Source: Verrucomicrobiota bacterium | GTDB lineage: Bacteria; Verrucomicrobiota; Verrucomicrobiia; Limisphaerales; AAA164-E04 | NCBI GenBank assembly: GCA_047947115.1 | Contig: CP170459.1 | Span: 5,952,001-6,016,000 of the forward strand | DNA length: 64,000 nucleotides | Reading direction: 5' to 3' | Shown: one piece after another, positions 18,473 through 29,069 of the stretch | Numbering within the stretch: the first letter of the stretch is position 1 | Layout: the number at the start of each line of letters is the position of its first letter | Notes under the pieces: model-generated | Database searches by the model: none | What the model was told of the DNA's origin: nothing | Seen by the model: only the letters and a program-made list of their open reading frames with translations | Made by a program: the position numbers and the translations under genes

Positions 18473-18740
18473 GTATTTCTTTTGGGTCCGGTGCTAAAAC
18501 ATCTTCTCCACCACCGGACTTGAGGAAAAAAAGCCTGCGAACTTCGCAGATAAATAACCGAGCTCGCTGGTGCGAATCTTCGGAAAAGCAGGAATCGATG
18601 AAGACTCATGGAACGAGCCTTTCGCTGCGTGAATGGCGCAACATACGGCGTGAACAAGAAAGGTCAAGCGAAATAAAAAAGTTTCGTGATTATCATTATT
18701 GAGAATCGGCGCATTTTCTGCTCCTATAAAACCTATACGC

Positions 18741-21700
18741 ATGATGAGAAATTTGATGCAGCAGCGATTGAAATTGAAAAGCAACGTCCACCCAACGACC
18801 TGGATCGGCCGGGTATTCGGCTTGTTCTTGCTGGGACTTTCGTTCGTTTGGACACAAGTCCATGCCGCGGAACAAAATGAGGTTGCGGAAGCCCTGATCC
18901 GGGTTCTGTCGGTGCAGGGGCAGGTGGATGTTTCGAAGACCAAGGGGCAGGATTGGATCCCAGCCAAAGTCGATATGCCCCTTTCGCCAGGGGACATGGT
19001 GCGCACGGGGCGACGAAGCAAAGCGGCTCTACAAATGACCGATAAGACGGTCCTGAAAATCCGTCAATTGACCAGCATGGTGGTGCAGGCGGCGGAGACC
19101 GATGGCGATCAACCCCTGTTGAATCTGGAATCAGGATCGCTCTTTTTCTTCAGCCGGGAAAGCCCCAAAGAGGTCCCCTTCCGCACCTCGCTCACTTCCG
19201 GGGCCATACGAGGCACCGAATTCGAATTGAGCGCGGTCGCAAACGGCGCCACAACATTGACCATGGTGGATGGTATGGTCGACTTGACCACTGCACAGGG
19301 TAACCTTTCGGCGGAAGGAGGCGAACAAGTGGTCATCGAACCGGGACAAGCCCCTCGCAAGTCCGCCATGCTCGATGCGACATCGATCATCCAATGGACT
19401 CTCTATTACCCTGGCATGTTGGATGCATCCGAACTCCAGTGGCTGAATGGCATTCCAGGAGACTGGCAATCCTCATTCAATGCCCATCAGGCAGGCAATC
19501 TCCCCAAGGCCATCGAACAACTGCCCGATGCCGCCGGCAACATTGAAGAAGAGGCGGCCCGATTGCTGCGTGCGGCGATCTGGTTGACACACGGTGAGGC
19601 GAACACCGCAGAGTCCCTGCTGGCACACAACTGGAACATCGACAAACATCGGCATCTGGCGGAAGCGCTTCAATTACTGATCGAAGGTTTGCAGAATCGG
19701 TTGTCGAACACAGCCAACCTGACCGTCATGACACTGACCAACACAGGCTCACTCGTCGCATCCTATCTGGCTCAGTCTGATTTCGATCTCGATCGCGCGT
19801 TACGGATGGCCCGGCGCGCCGCAGAAGATTCACCCAATTTCGGATATGCCTGGGTTCGAGTGGCTGAACTTCAATTTGCTCACGGACATTTGAATGAAAC
19901 CGAAAACGCTTTAACAAAAGCCTTACAGACCTCACCAGAAAACGCCCAGGCACGAACGCTGCAAGGATTCATCCACCTCGCCAATCATCGTCCCGGCGCG
20001 GCACTGGCAGCGATGCAACAAGCCATCGACCTGGACGCCGGATTGTCCAATGCATGGTTGGGACGTGGTCTGGCGAAGTTTCGTCTGGGTGAACGAAGCG
20101 AAGCTCGGCAGGACCTGCAAGCGGCCACCATTCTCGAACCACAACGATCCCTCTTGCGCAGTTATCTCGGCAAAGCATACCAGGTGGATGGCGAATACGT
20201 TCCTGCCCAGCGCGAACTGGATCGCGCCATGGAGCTGGATCCCAACGATCCGACGCCATTCCTCTACCGAGCCTTGATTCGTTATCAACAGAATGAATTG
20301 ATCCCAGCCATCACTGATCTGGAGGAATCCATTCGACTGAACGACAACCGGGGCATCTACCGTTCACGATCCCTGCTGGACAAAGATCAATCCGTTCGCC
20401 AGGCCAACCTTGCTTCCATGTATCGGGACGCGCACATGCACACCTGGAGTCAACGCGAAGCCGCCGCATCCATTGAAAGCGATTACACCAACGCGTCCGC
20501 ACACATGTTCCTGGCCAACAGCTACGATGCTCTGCGCGATCCACGACAGCTCAATCTCCGATACGAAACACCCTGGGCGAGTGAATTGTTCCTGGCTCAG
20601 ATGCTGATGCCCGCCGGTTCAGCCAACCTGTCACGTCAGATTTCCCAGAACGAATACACTGCCTTGTTTGATCAACAACGGTTTCACCTGATCAACACAA
20701 CGGAATATCAAAGCAGCGGTTTGTGGGATCAATCCACATCACACTATGGAAATCTCTCCAACTTGAGTTACGCCGTCGATGTGGACTACTACAATGACCC
20801 CGGCCAGCGCCCGAACAACGACACGGAAAACCTGAGCATCTGGACATCCGCCAAGTTCAGCCTTACACCTCAGGATGAATTGATGCTTCAAGCCGTTTAT
20901 TCGGATTATGAATCGGGAGACGTTGCCCAATATCACACCCAGGCGAACGGAAGCACCACGCAACGCATCGACGAGGATCAGAAACCCCTGCTCTTCCTGG
21001 GTTACAACCGCACATGGCATCCGGACAGCCACACACTTTTCCTGGCCAGTTATTTTGACGACACATTTGTTCGCAACGACCCCACCACGATTGTCCCTGT
21101 GATCGATCGCGATGCGGCCGGCAACGTAACCGGGGTCAATCCGTTCACATTTGACCTGAACTATCAACGAAAACTGCGCGGTTTCGGCGCCGAACTTCAA
21201 CAAATTCTGAAAGGCGAACGTTCCACCACCATCGCGGGGGCCCGTTACCAATGGGCCGAAGTCGATACCGAAGCCACGCTCAACCGCAGAGGCACCGCCT
21301 TCCCCCCCATCTTCTCAACCCCTCCTGCGGATCAAAGAGTGCGCCCCAACCTTGACCGGTTTTCGGCATACGCCTACTACTATTACGAACTCACCGAAAA
21401 ACTGACCGCCTACATGGGAGCATCGGTTGACGCACTGCACTATCCACAAAACACCGAGATTCCTCCGGTTACACCCCTGGAAGAAAGCGACGTTCAAGTT
21501 TCCCCCAAAGTGGGATTGCGCTACGAACCCTTTGAACATACCACCTTGCGCGCAGCTTACTCCCAAAGCCTGGGCGGAGTCTTTTTTGATCAGAGCATCC
21601 GACTCGAACCGACGCAGATGGCGGGATTCGTCACCACCTATCGCAGTGTTCTCCCCGAATCCGGTGCAGGCATTCTTCCCGGAGCCGAACAAGAAGTGGG

Positions 21701-22295
21701 CGGCGTGGCCTGGGATCAACGATTTGGCAAGAAGACATTCCTGACCGTATCCGGCCAATGGCTTCAATCGGATGGCGCCCGACTGTTGGGAACCTTTGAT
21801 TCCACAAACTTTCCGGCCAATGTCGACAACACATCCCAAAGAATCGATTACGATGAGCAATCACTCCTCATCTCACTGAATCAATTGATCGATCCATGGT
21901 TTTTCGCTGGAGCGGATTATCGTTTATCTTACGCCTCAATGCATACTTCATTGACAGGTATCCCCACTGCAGTTTTGCCAACAGGCCGATCCTCCATGGA
22001 CGCCACATTGCACCAATTGAAACTATTTGCCGGCATGCAGCATCCTTCCGGACTCTTCGCGCGCGTGGAAAGTGTCTGGACCAAACAATCCCACGATGGC
22101 ACACCTCAACCAACGGACGATGACGTACTGCAATGGAACCTCTGGGCTGGCTATCGTTTCTGGGATCGACGCGCCGAATTGAGCGCCGGATTGTTGAATA
22201 TCGGAGACCAAAACTACCAACTGCACCCGATCCACTACTACAACGAACTCCCCCGGGAACGCACCTTCGCGGCGAGATTTAGGCTTAGCTTTTAA
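18741..22295 (+). CDS. FecR-domain / TPR / C-terminal beta-barrel outer-membrane receptor-like protein
   Basis: Signal peptide; FecR-like GDMVRTG...GAIRGTEF; TPR repeats (YLGKAY, LDPNDPTP); aromatic-rich beta strands; terminal Phe (FRLSF). Start approximate. Confidence 0.8.
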   Translation: MMRNLMQQRLKLKSNVHPTTWIGRVFGLFLLGLSFVWTQVHAAEQNEVAEALIRVLSVQGQVDVSKTKGQDWIPAKVDMPLSPGDMVRTGRRSKAALQMTDKTVLKIRQLTSMVVQAAETDGDQPLLNLESGSLFFFSRESPKEVPFRTSLTSGAIRGTEFELSAVANGATTLTMVDGMVDLTTAQGNLSAEGGEQVVIEPGQAPRKSAMLDATSIIQWTLYYPGMLDASELQWLNGIPGDWQSSFNAHQAGNLPKAIEQLPDAAGNIEEEAARLLRAAIWLTHGEANTAESLLAHNWNIDKHRHLAEALQLLIEGLQNRLSNTANLTVMTLTNTGSLVASYLAQSDFDLDRALRMARRAAEDSPNFGYAWVRVAELQFAHGHLNETENALTKALQTSPENAQARTLQGFIHLANHRPGAALAAMQQAIDLDAGLSNAWLGRGLAKFRLGERSEARQDLQAATILEPQRSLLRSYLGKAYQVDGEYVPAQRELDRAMELDPNDPTPFLYRALIRYQQNELIPAITDLEESIRLNDNRGIYRSRSLLDKDQSVRQANLASMYRDAHMHTWSQREAAASIESDYTNASAHMFLANSYDALRDPRQLNLRYETPWASELFLAQMLMPAGSANLSRQISQNEYTALFDQQRFHLINTTEYQSSGLWDQSTSHYGNLSNLSYAVDVDYYNDPGQRPNNDTENLSIWTSAKFSLTPQDELMLQAVYSDYESGDVAQYHTQANGSTTQRIDEDQKPLLFLGYNRTWHPDSHTLFLASYFDDTFVRNDPTTIVPVIDRDAAGNVTGVNPFTFDLNYQRKLRGFGAELQQILKGERSTTIAGARYQWAEVDTEATLNRRGTAFPPIFSTPPADQRVRPNLDRFSAYAYYYYELTEKLTAYMGASVDALHYPQNTEIPPVTPLEESDVQVSPKVGLRYEPFEHTTLRAAYSQSLGGVFFDQSIRLEPTQMAGFVTTYRSVLPESGAGILPGAEQEVGGVAWDQRFGKKTFLTVSGQWLQSDGARLLGTFDSTNFPANVDNTSQRIDYDEQSLLISLNQLIDPWFFAGADYRLSYASMHTSLTGIPTAVLPTGRSSMDATLHQLKLFAGMQHPSGLFARVESVWTKQSHDGTPQPTDDDVLQWNLWAGYRFWDRRAELSAGLLNIGDQNYQLHPIHYYNELPRERTFAARFRLSF

Positions 22296-22347
22296 TCTCG
22301 GGACTGCTACGATCGGCGCGACGGTGATGGCGCCGTTGTGATTGATC

Positions 22348-24405
22348 ATGTCCGTTTCAGACTCCTTTCAGAGATCCACATGGCTCGGTCCCATCATTGG
22401 GGCCACGCTGACGGTCGTACTGGGATTATTCTGCTTCGACTCACAGATCCCCATCACACAAACACTACACCGAAAAAGCTACGACCTTTCCTTTCACCTG
22501 CGCCAGCGCACCGTTCCGAAAGAAGTGGTTTTGGTCTATATGGATGACGCATCCTATGAGGAATTCAATCCGAGCTACGATCGATGGGATCGACGCCTGC
22601 ACGCCAGACTGCTTGACCGGCTCACAGAGGAAGGAGCCAAAGCGGTGGTATTCGACGTTATCTTCTCGGGGGCCACCACGGATGATCCGGATGCGGACAA
22701 TGTCTTCGAACAAGCCATCGAACGCAATGGCAACGTCATCCTGGGAGCCGATCTCCAAGTAGGCGGTTACTCGGCAGCCATGAAGCACTCCGAATCGTTG
22801 ATGCTTCCCTATGAACCCTTCGAATTTGCCGCCGCTTCCACCGGTTTTGTGCAATTCGACGAAGACGCTGATTTTCTTGTTCGCAAACACCGTCATCAGG
22901 GACAGATCAACCCCCAGATCACCAGCATGACATGGGAAACGGCGCTCTGGACAGGCGCTTCCCATCTCGAGGACGAATCATCGCCCATATTCAAGGAAGT
23001 GCAGGAAGCCTGGGTCAACTACTATGGCCCGCCTCTGACACTGCCCAAGATCAGCTACCACCAGGTCATTCAAGCTGATGGTGTGGCAAAAGGTTTTTTC
23101 AAAGACAAAATCGTCTTTATCGGAGCCAACATCCGCACGTTGAATGTGAACGAACGCAAAGACGAATTTCGCAGTCCCTACGCAGATTTCCTTTACGTCA
23201 AGCAAGTCGACCAATTCATGCCGGGGGTTGAAGTTCACGCGACGATCCTGCTCAATTTGATCCGGGGGGATTGGCTGAGACGAGTTCCGCTGGGCACCCA
23301 AGGCATTGTGTTGGCCCTGACCGGATTGTTCCTTGGGATCGGCATCGGCAGGATGCGCCCATTGACCGCCGTCCCGGTTTCCTTGCTTCTGGCGGCATTG
23401 GTCATGGGAATCTCCCAATGGCTTTTCCAACAACACCGTTATTGGTTTCCCTGGTTGATCATTGTCGCCGTTCAGATACCGGCAGCCATGCTTTGGTCTG
23501 TGACCTTCAACGCGGCCAGACTCTATGTGCAACGTCAATTACTGAGACAATCACTCAACCTTTACCTCTCTCCCCGTCTCGTCAAAGCGTTCCTGGGGAG
23601 AAAAGACCGCGACTTTCTGAAACCGGGGGCTGAAAAACAGGAAGTCACCATCCTGTTTTCCGACATCGCCGGATTCACAGCAGCGACCGAAGGCATGGAC
23701 TCCGATGAACTCGCCCGATCCATGAACGAATATTTCCAACGCATGGTGGAAAACGGCGTTCATCCGCAGGACGGCACCGTGATCAAGTTCATCGGCGACT
23801 CCATCTTCGCGCTCTGGAACGCCCCCGAGTCTCAGCACGACCACGCCTTGAGAGCCTGCAAAGCAGCCATTGCACTCGATCAGCAATCCTTTGCCTTCCG
23901 TGAAGGAGACCCCGTATGCACACGCATCGGCATCCACACAGGCATCGCCAACGTCGGCAATTTCGGCAGTGACAATCGCGTTGATTACACCGCCATCGGC
24001 GAAAACATCAACCTCGCCTCACGCATCGAAGGACTCAACAAATACCTGCGAACCAATATCCTGATCAGTGCCGAAACGCGGAAACTCATTGGGGATGAAC
24101 TGAAAAACGTCCGCTATCTGGGCAAGTTCCGCTTGTCCGGCTTCGAGAAATCAGTCGGCATCTCCGAACTCATGCCCTCCGAGCATCCACTGCTCAAAAC
24201 TCCTGAACTGCTGGATCAATTTGAAGCCGCGCGCCTGTGCCATGACCAGGGCAACATGGAAGAAGCCGTCAAAAAATTCCAGACCATCCAAGCTGCAGCC
24301 CCCGAGGACGGGCCAACCCTCTTCTACACCAAACGCTGCCAAAGCATCCTCCACGGAGCCCTGGAAACCACCACCCCTGACCGCATCATCATCGGAGAGA
24401 AATAG
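22348..24405 (+). CDS. CHASE2-domain class III adenylate cyclase
   Basis: CHASE2 motifs (WDRRLHARLL, FDVIF, PGVEVHA), three TM helices, catalytic FSDIAGFT, KFIGD, YTAIG, NLASRIE. Confidence 0.9.
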   Translation: MSVSDSFQRSTWLGPIIGATLTVVLGLFCFDSQIPITQTLHRKSYDLSFHLRQRTVPKEVVLVYMDDASYEEFNPSYDRWDRRLHARLLDRLTEEGAKAVVFDVIFSGATTDDPDADNVFEQAIERNGNVILGADLQVGGYSAAMKHSESLMLPYEPFEFAAASTGFVQFDEDADFLVRKHRHQGQINPQITSMTWETALWTGASHLEDESSPIFKEVQEAWVNYYGPPLTLPKISYHQVIQADGVAKGFFKDKIVFIGANIRTLNVNERKDEFRSPYADFLYVKQVDQFMPGVEVHATILLNLIRGDWLRRVPLGTQGIVLALTGLFLGIGIGRMRPLTAVPVSLLLAALVMGISQWLFQQHRYWFPWLIIVAVQIPAAMLWSVTFNAARLYVQRQLLRQSLNLYLSPRLVKAFLGRKDRDFLKPGAEKQEVTILFSDIAGFTAATEGMDSDELARSMNEYFQRMVENGVHPQDGTVIKFIGDSIFALWNAPESQHDHALRACKAAIALDQQSFAFREGDPVCTRIGIHTGIANVGNFGSDNRVDYTAIGENINLASRIEGLNKYLRTNILISAETRKLIGDELKNVRYLGKFRLSGFEKSVGISELMPSEHPLLKTPELLDQFEAARLCHDQGNMEEAVKKFQTIQAAAPEDGPTLFYTKRCQSILHGALETTTPDRIIIGEK

Positions 24406-24548
24406 TGGGGGGGGTATGGCTTTTTTTTCACGCCCGCTGCGCTCGAGACGCAGAGGCGCAGAGTTCTTTTTGAGGTATGGAATCGCTGTTGCGAGTCCGC
24501 CTGCCGACAAGCTCGGAAACAAATTAAGGATTCCTGAGCCTACCAGCC

Positions 24549-24625
24549 AGGTAGAGCGTGTCGTCCCCGACGCGCATCCTTGTGGCTTCCAAACCCTCAG
24601 ATTGCTTGCGTTTCGGGAAGCCTCC
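24549..24625 (+). repeat. GTAG REP-like dispersed repeat
   Basis: GGTAGAGCGTGTCG-TCCC-CGACGCGC hairpin plus a tail shared with 13494-13569. Confidence 0.6.
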
Positions 24626-24657
24626 AATTCACTATTCACTATTTTAAATTTTCCATT

Positions 24658-26115
24658 TCACCCCCGAAGCACCTCTTTCACCACACCTCCCTGGACGTCG
24701 GTGAGTCGACGGTCAAGACCGTTGTAGTAGTAGGTGAGGCGTTCGTGATCGAAGCCCAGCAGGTGCAGCACCGTGCCGTAGAAGTCCCAGACGGTGGTCG
24801 GGTTCACCACGGCGCGGCGGCCGAATTCGTCGGTGGCCCCGTAACTCACACCTCCTTTGACGCCAGCGCCAGCCATCCAGCAGGTGAAGCCGTCCGGATT
24901 ATGATCGCGTCCCGAGGTACCTTCCTGATGGGTGGGCATGCGACCGAATTCGGTGGTCCAGAGGATCAGAGTGTCGTCCAGCATACCGCGTTGTTTGAGG
25001 TCGGTGATGAGGGCGGCAGTGGGTTGATCAAAGATCGGACAATGCCGTTCGTAATCGGATTTCAAGGTCTTGTGCGCATCCCAGTTCAACAACCCATCCA
25101 CCCCACTGGCACGCGAGGCACAATAGAGATTAACGTAACGCACTCCGCGTTCCAGCAGGCGACGCGCCATGACGCAGTTCTTTGCGTATCCGGCTTTCAG
25201 CGGATTGGGATCATCCATGCCGTAGAGCCGCCTGATGTGATCGGGTTCGTTGGCCCAATCGGAAACTTCCGGTGCTGACAACTGCATGCGGGCAGCCAGT
25301 TCATAAGCTGCCATGCGGGCCTGCAGCGCTGAATCACCCTGACGTGTGGCGGCATGCTGTTCGTTGAGGAAAGCAATCAGTTCACGTGTGTCTTCCTCTT
25401 GAGAGGCATTAACCACACTGGGTCGCTGCAGGTTGCGTATGGGCTGCTGAGCACTCATCACGATGGCCTGATGTCGAGCCGGAAGAAATCCATTGCTCCA
25501 GTTCGCTTTTCCGTTGGGCGGCTCTCCCCGGACGTCCGGAATGGCCACATAAGCCGGAAGGTTTTCATTGGCGGAACCAAGAGCATAACTCATCCAGGCT
25601 CCCGCGCTGGGAAAACCCTCACTCGGATGCCCCGTGTTCATGAAGACGCAACCGGGCCCGTGAGTGTTGGTCTTGGAATGCATACCGTGGAAGAAAGCGA
25701 TTTCATCCACGTGTTTGGCCAGGTTCGGTAGCATGGATGAAATCTTCTTGCCACTTTGTCCTGAAGCCACAAAGGGCCAGGGGCTTTTCATCAGGTTTCC
25801 GTTTTTACCCTGGAACGAAAGAAATCCTTCCGCCCCTGGCAAAGGTGTGCCATGCCATTTTTCCAAACCCGGTTTATGCTCCCACAGATCCATGTGGGAC
25901 GCCGCACCGGGAGAAAAAATTTGCAGAACACGCGAGGCTTTTGGAGTGTGATGCGTTTTTCCGACGCCGGGCTGCCAAGGAGTTTCGGCAGCGGTCCATC
26001 CTTCTTGCCGCATCAGGCTGGTCAGACCGACCCCCATCAATCCCCTGTAAACGTCATGAAGAAATCCTCTTCGATGTTTGAGGGCGTCCCAGGCTGGTTG
26101 GTTGGTATGATTCAT
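24658..26115 (-). CDS. DUF1501 domain protein (Tat-exported)
   Basis: HRRGFL; GAASHMDLWEHKP, ARRLLERGVRYV, WDAH, TEFGRMP, GRDHNP. Confidence 0.9.
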   Translation of the reverse strand: MNHTNQPAWDALKHRRGFLHDVYRGLMGVGLTSLMRQEGWTAAETPWQPGVGKTHHTPKASRVLQIFSPGAASHMDLWEHKPGLEKWHGTPLPGAEGFLSFQGKNGNLMKSPWPFVASGQSGKKISSMLPNLAKHVDEIAFFHGMHSKTNTHGPGCVFMNTGHPSEGFPSAGAWMSYALGSANENLPAYVAIPDVRGEPPNGKANWSNGFLPARHQAIVMSAQQPIRNLQRPSVVNASQEEDTRELIAFLNEQHAATRQGDSALQARMAAYELAARMQLSAPEVSDWANEPDHIRRLYGMDDPNPLKAGYAKNCVMARRLLERGVRYVNLYCASRASGVDGLLNWDAHKTLKSDYERHCPIFDQPTAALITDLKQRGMLDDTLILWTTEFGRMPTHQEGTSGRDHNPDGFTCWMAGAGVKGGVSYGATDEFGRRAVVNPTTVWDFYGTVLHLLGFDHERLTYYYNGLDRRLTDVQGGVVKEVLRG

Positions 26116-26132
26116 GGTGTTTGAACAAAGGA

Positions 26133-29024
26133 TTAATCGATGTGAATGAATGCGTTGGCATTGAACAAGGCCCGGCAGAACAAGGGGCCACCCAGCTTGG
26201 CTTTAAAGGCCAATGCCTGCTCCAGTTCTTCATCGGATGGGTTGCGCCCGTAGCATCGCATAAAGGCTTCCTTGATCCAGGAATGATCCAGATCGCCGGC
26301 GGTACGATCAAGGTCATCAGCGAGTGCCTGCGCCATATCCAAAGTGAACGTATGGTTCAACAAAGTCAGCGCTTGCAGGGGCGTCGTGGTGGAAGCACGT
26401 TTGGGCGCGGGAAAGGCAGGGTCCGGACAATCAAACTCGGTCATCAAATCCACTACGGCGGCGCGGGCGTTATGATGATATACCGCCCGACGATAGGTTT
26501 CGGGACCGTGTTCATCGAGCGGCACGTAGGTCGCCACATTGTCCTGCAAATAGCGATAGAGTCTAAAACCAGGACCCCCCATGTCCTTTTGTAAAAGTCC
26601 CGATACCTGCAACATGGTGTCGCGGATTTCCTCGGCAGATAGACGGCGTGGTGGAAAACGCCACAACCACTTGGAGTCCGCATCCAAACGTGAGGCTTCT
26701 TCCCGCATGACGGAAGACTGCCGATAGGCTTGTGACATCACCAACAATTTGTGCATGGATTTGACCCGCCAACCGTTTTCCACCAGCTGTCCCGCAAGCC
26801 AGTCGAGCAGCTCCGGATGGCTGGGTTGATTACCCATGAATCCAAAATCACTGGGAGTATCCACCAGGCCGCGACCAAAATGTTTTTGCCAGATCCGATT
26901 CGCCCAGACACGCGGCGTCAGCGGATTGCTTTCATCCACCAACCAATCGGCCAAAGCCAATCGACGTTCTGCTTCCGGTGTTTCCTTTGCCAACGCATAC
27001 CCACCCGAGACACGATTCAATGCGGTCAATGAAGCGGGTACGACTTCCTTGCCCCGACGTTGAGGGTTGCCTCCGATGAAAACATGCGAGGGATCGTCAA
27101 TCGAAGAAAAATTCCCCGCCCACCACTGAGGCAGATCGGGCACTTGCCGCTTTGAACGATCGATGGACGCAATTTCAAGACGAAGCTCCTTCAACCGGGC
27201 ACTTTCTTCAGCTGTCATTTCAGCGGACATCCACCGATGATTGCGATGGGCTTCGTTGACGGGTTTGCGATCGTGCGAATCCGCCACCCTGGTCCAGGTC
27301 TCACCGTCCAGCGACACTTCGATACGGTATTCCGAAATGAAGGCAGCCACGGAATGATCCCCGGCATCCCCCACCCGATCACTAGAAAAGAACACGCGAT
27401 TCACCTCTGTCGGTTCGGCAAGGGTGATGGTCAGCTCAGGTCCTTGAGCAATCCAGCGGGCACCGTATTTGCCATCAATGGTCAACCGCGCGCTGTAGGC
27501 ATCAGCGAAATCCTCCGCAATTCGGCTCGCGCCTTGAGCGCTCCCCCCCGCCTCAAGTGCTGCAACATTGCGACCGGTCGTCCCAGGCGTCCATACCTCG
27601 AACTCATCAATCCCGTAACCCGAGGTGCCGGCCGGGTTTCGTTCGGTTCCTTCCACTGTCAGGCGAACATAACGCACCTTGGTTTGGTCAAGGTTTTCTT
27701 CCACTCCGGTGCGTTCGATCGGGTCGCGCACCCAGGCTGCGTCATAGGTGGCGGATTTGGATTCCGCGCGTTTGAGGATTTCGGATTCGAGAATTTGTCT
27801 GGCTTTATCCAATTCATGACGTTTTTCATCCAATGGTTGAAGTTCCAGACGTCGTGCCTCGCGTTGTGCGTCGGTCGCAATTTCACGGGAACCATGTTTC
27901 ACGCCGGCAAAGGTGGCATACCAACTGTAATAGTCTTCCTGCGAAATGGGATCGAACTTGTGGTGATGACAACGGCCACAACCGACGGTCAGCCCAAGAA
28001 AAGCCTCGGAGGTTGCGCGAATGATCTCGTCAATGGTGTTGGCTCGAATCTGGGCCGCTTGTGCAGGATCCTGATTCCCCACATCATCATAGGGACCGCA
28101 AACAAGATAGGTTGTGCCGATCTCGACATCAGGATCATTCGGCCCCAGTTGATCGCCAGCCAGATGTTCACGGATCAGACGTGAAAGAGGTTTGTCTTCG
28201 TTAAAGGAACGGATCACGTAATCGCGAAACGGCCAGGCATTGCGGATGATTTCATTTCGCTCGAACCCACGACTTTCACCAAAGCGGACCACATCCAACC
28301 AATGTCGTCCCCAACGTTCGCCGTAGTGCGGTGAAGCAAGCAATCGATCCACCAATCGTTCGTAGGCATCCAGGTCGGTAGAACGAACAAACGCATCCAC
28401 ATCTTCTGGCGTCGGGGGTAATCCAGTCAAATCATAGGCCAAGCGCCGGATCAATGTCCCACGATCAGCCTTGGGTGAGTGACTCAATCCTTGTGCACGC
28501 AAGCCTTGGTGAATGAATGCATCCACCGGATTCTGTCGCCAGCTTTCGGGTGCGTCGGACACATCAGGGACCACGGGGTGAGCCAGCGGTTGGAAGGACC
28601 ACCAGGTTTCGTCGGCTTTGGCGGCTTCCTTGAGCACCACACCTTCTGGCCAGATTGCTCCCTGCATGACCCATTCCCGAATGGCCATGACCTGTGCTTC
28701 GTTAAGAGGCTTAGCCTCCTTGGGCATTTCGGGAGCTTCGCCATTTAATGAAGGTTGGATCAAATCGAGCAGATAACTTTGATCCCCGTTACGCAAGGTC
28801 AAATAGCCACCCTCTCTCAAATGTTCGGGCGTTGTTAGAGAAACATCCCCTTTTTCATTACCCGGGTAATGGCAACGCACACAATGCTGCTCCAGAATCG
28901 GAGCCACTTTTGATTGAAACAGCTCCGTGGAAGGATTTGTTTTTTCTGCGGCAAAGGCCTTACCAACAAATAAAGCCGCCAACACGACCAGCCAGTTCCA
29001 TGGAATTTCAGTTAGGCGATTCAT
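26133..29024 (-). CDS. PSD1/DUF1549-DUF1553 protein with planctomycete cytochrome c domain
   Basis: CVRCH and CGRCH heme motifs; WWSFQPL, YGERWGRHWLD, NPLTPRVWANRIW, PSHPELLDWLA, PLQAL. Confidence 0.9.
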   Translation of the reverse strand: MNRLTEIPWNWLVVLAALFVGKAFAAEKTNPSTELFQSKVAPILEQHCVRCHYPGNEKGDVSLTTPEHLREGGYLTLRNGDQSYLLDLIQPSLNGEAPEMPKEAKPLNEAQVMAIREWVMQGAIWPEGVVLKEAAKADETWWSFQPLAHPVVPDVSDAPESWRQNPVDAFIHQGLRAQGLSHSPKADRGTLIRRLAYDLTGLPPTPEDVDAFVRSTDLDAYERLVDRLLASPHYGERWGRHWLDVVRFGESRGFERNEIIRNAWPFRDYVIRSFNEDKPLSRLIREHLAGDQLGPNDPDVEIGTTYLVCGPYDDVGNQDPAQAAQIRANTIDEIIRATSEAFLGLTVGCGRCHHHKFDPISQEDYYSWYATFAGVKHGSREIATDAQREARRLELQPLDEKRHELDKARQILESEILKRAESKSATYDAAWVRDPIERTGVEENLDQTKVRYVRLTVEGTERNPAGTSGYGIDEFEVWTPGTTGRNVAALEAGGSAQGASRIAEDFADAYSARLTIDGKYGARWIAQGPELTITLAEPTEVNRVFFSSDRVGDAGDHSVAAFISEYRIEVSLDGETWTRVADSHDRKPVNEAHRNHRWMSAEMTAEESARLKELRLEIASIDRSKRQVPDLPQWWAGNFSSIDDPSHVFIGGNPQRRGKEVVPASLTALNRVSGGYALAKETPEAERRLALADWLVDESNPLTPRVWANRIWQKHFGRGLVDTPSDFGFMGNQPSHPELLDWLAGQLVENGWRVKSMHKLLVMSQAYRQSSVMREEASRLDADSKWLWRFPPRRLSAEEIRDTMLQVSGLLQKDMGGPGFRLYRYLQDNVATYVPLDEHGPETYRRAVYHHNARAAVVDLMTEFDCPDPAFPAPKRASTTTPLQALTLLNHTFTLDMAQALADDLDRTAGDLDHSWIKEAFMRCYGRNPSDEELEQALAFKAKLGGPLFCRALFNANAFIHID

Positions 29025-29069
29025 GATTGCAAAGGATCATATCTTGTGATCGGTAAAAATGCCGCGGAG

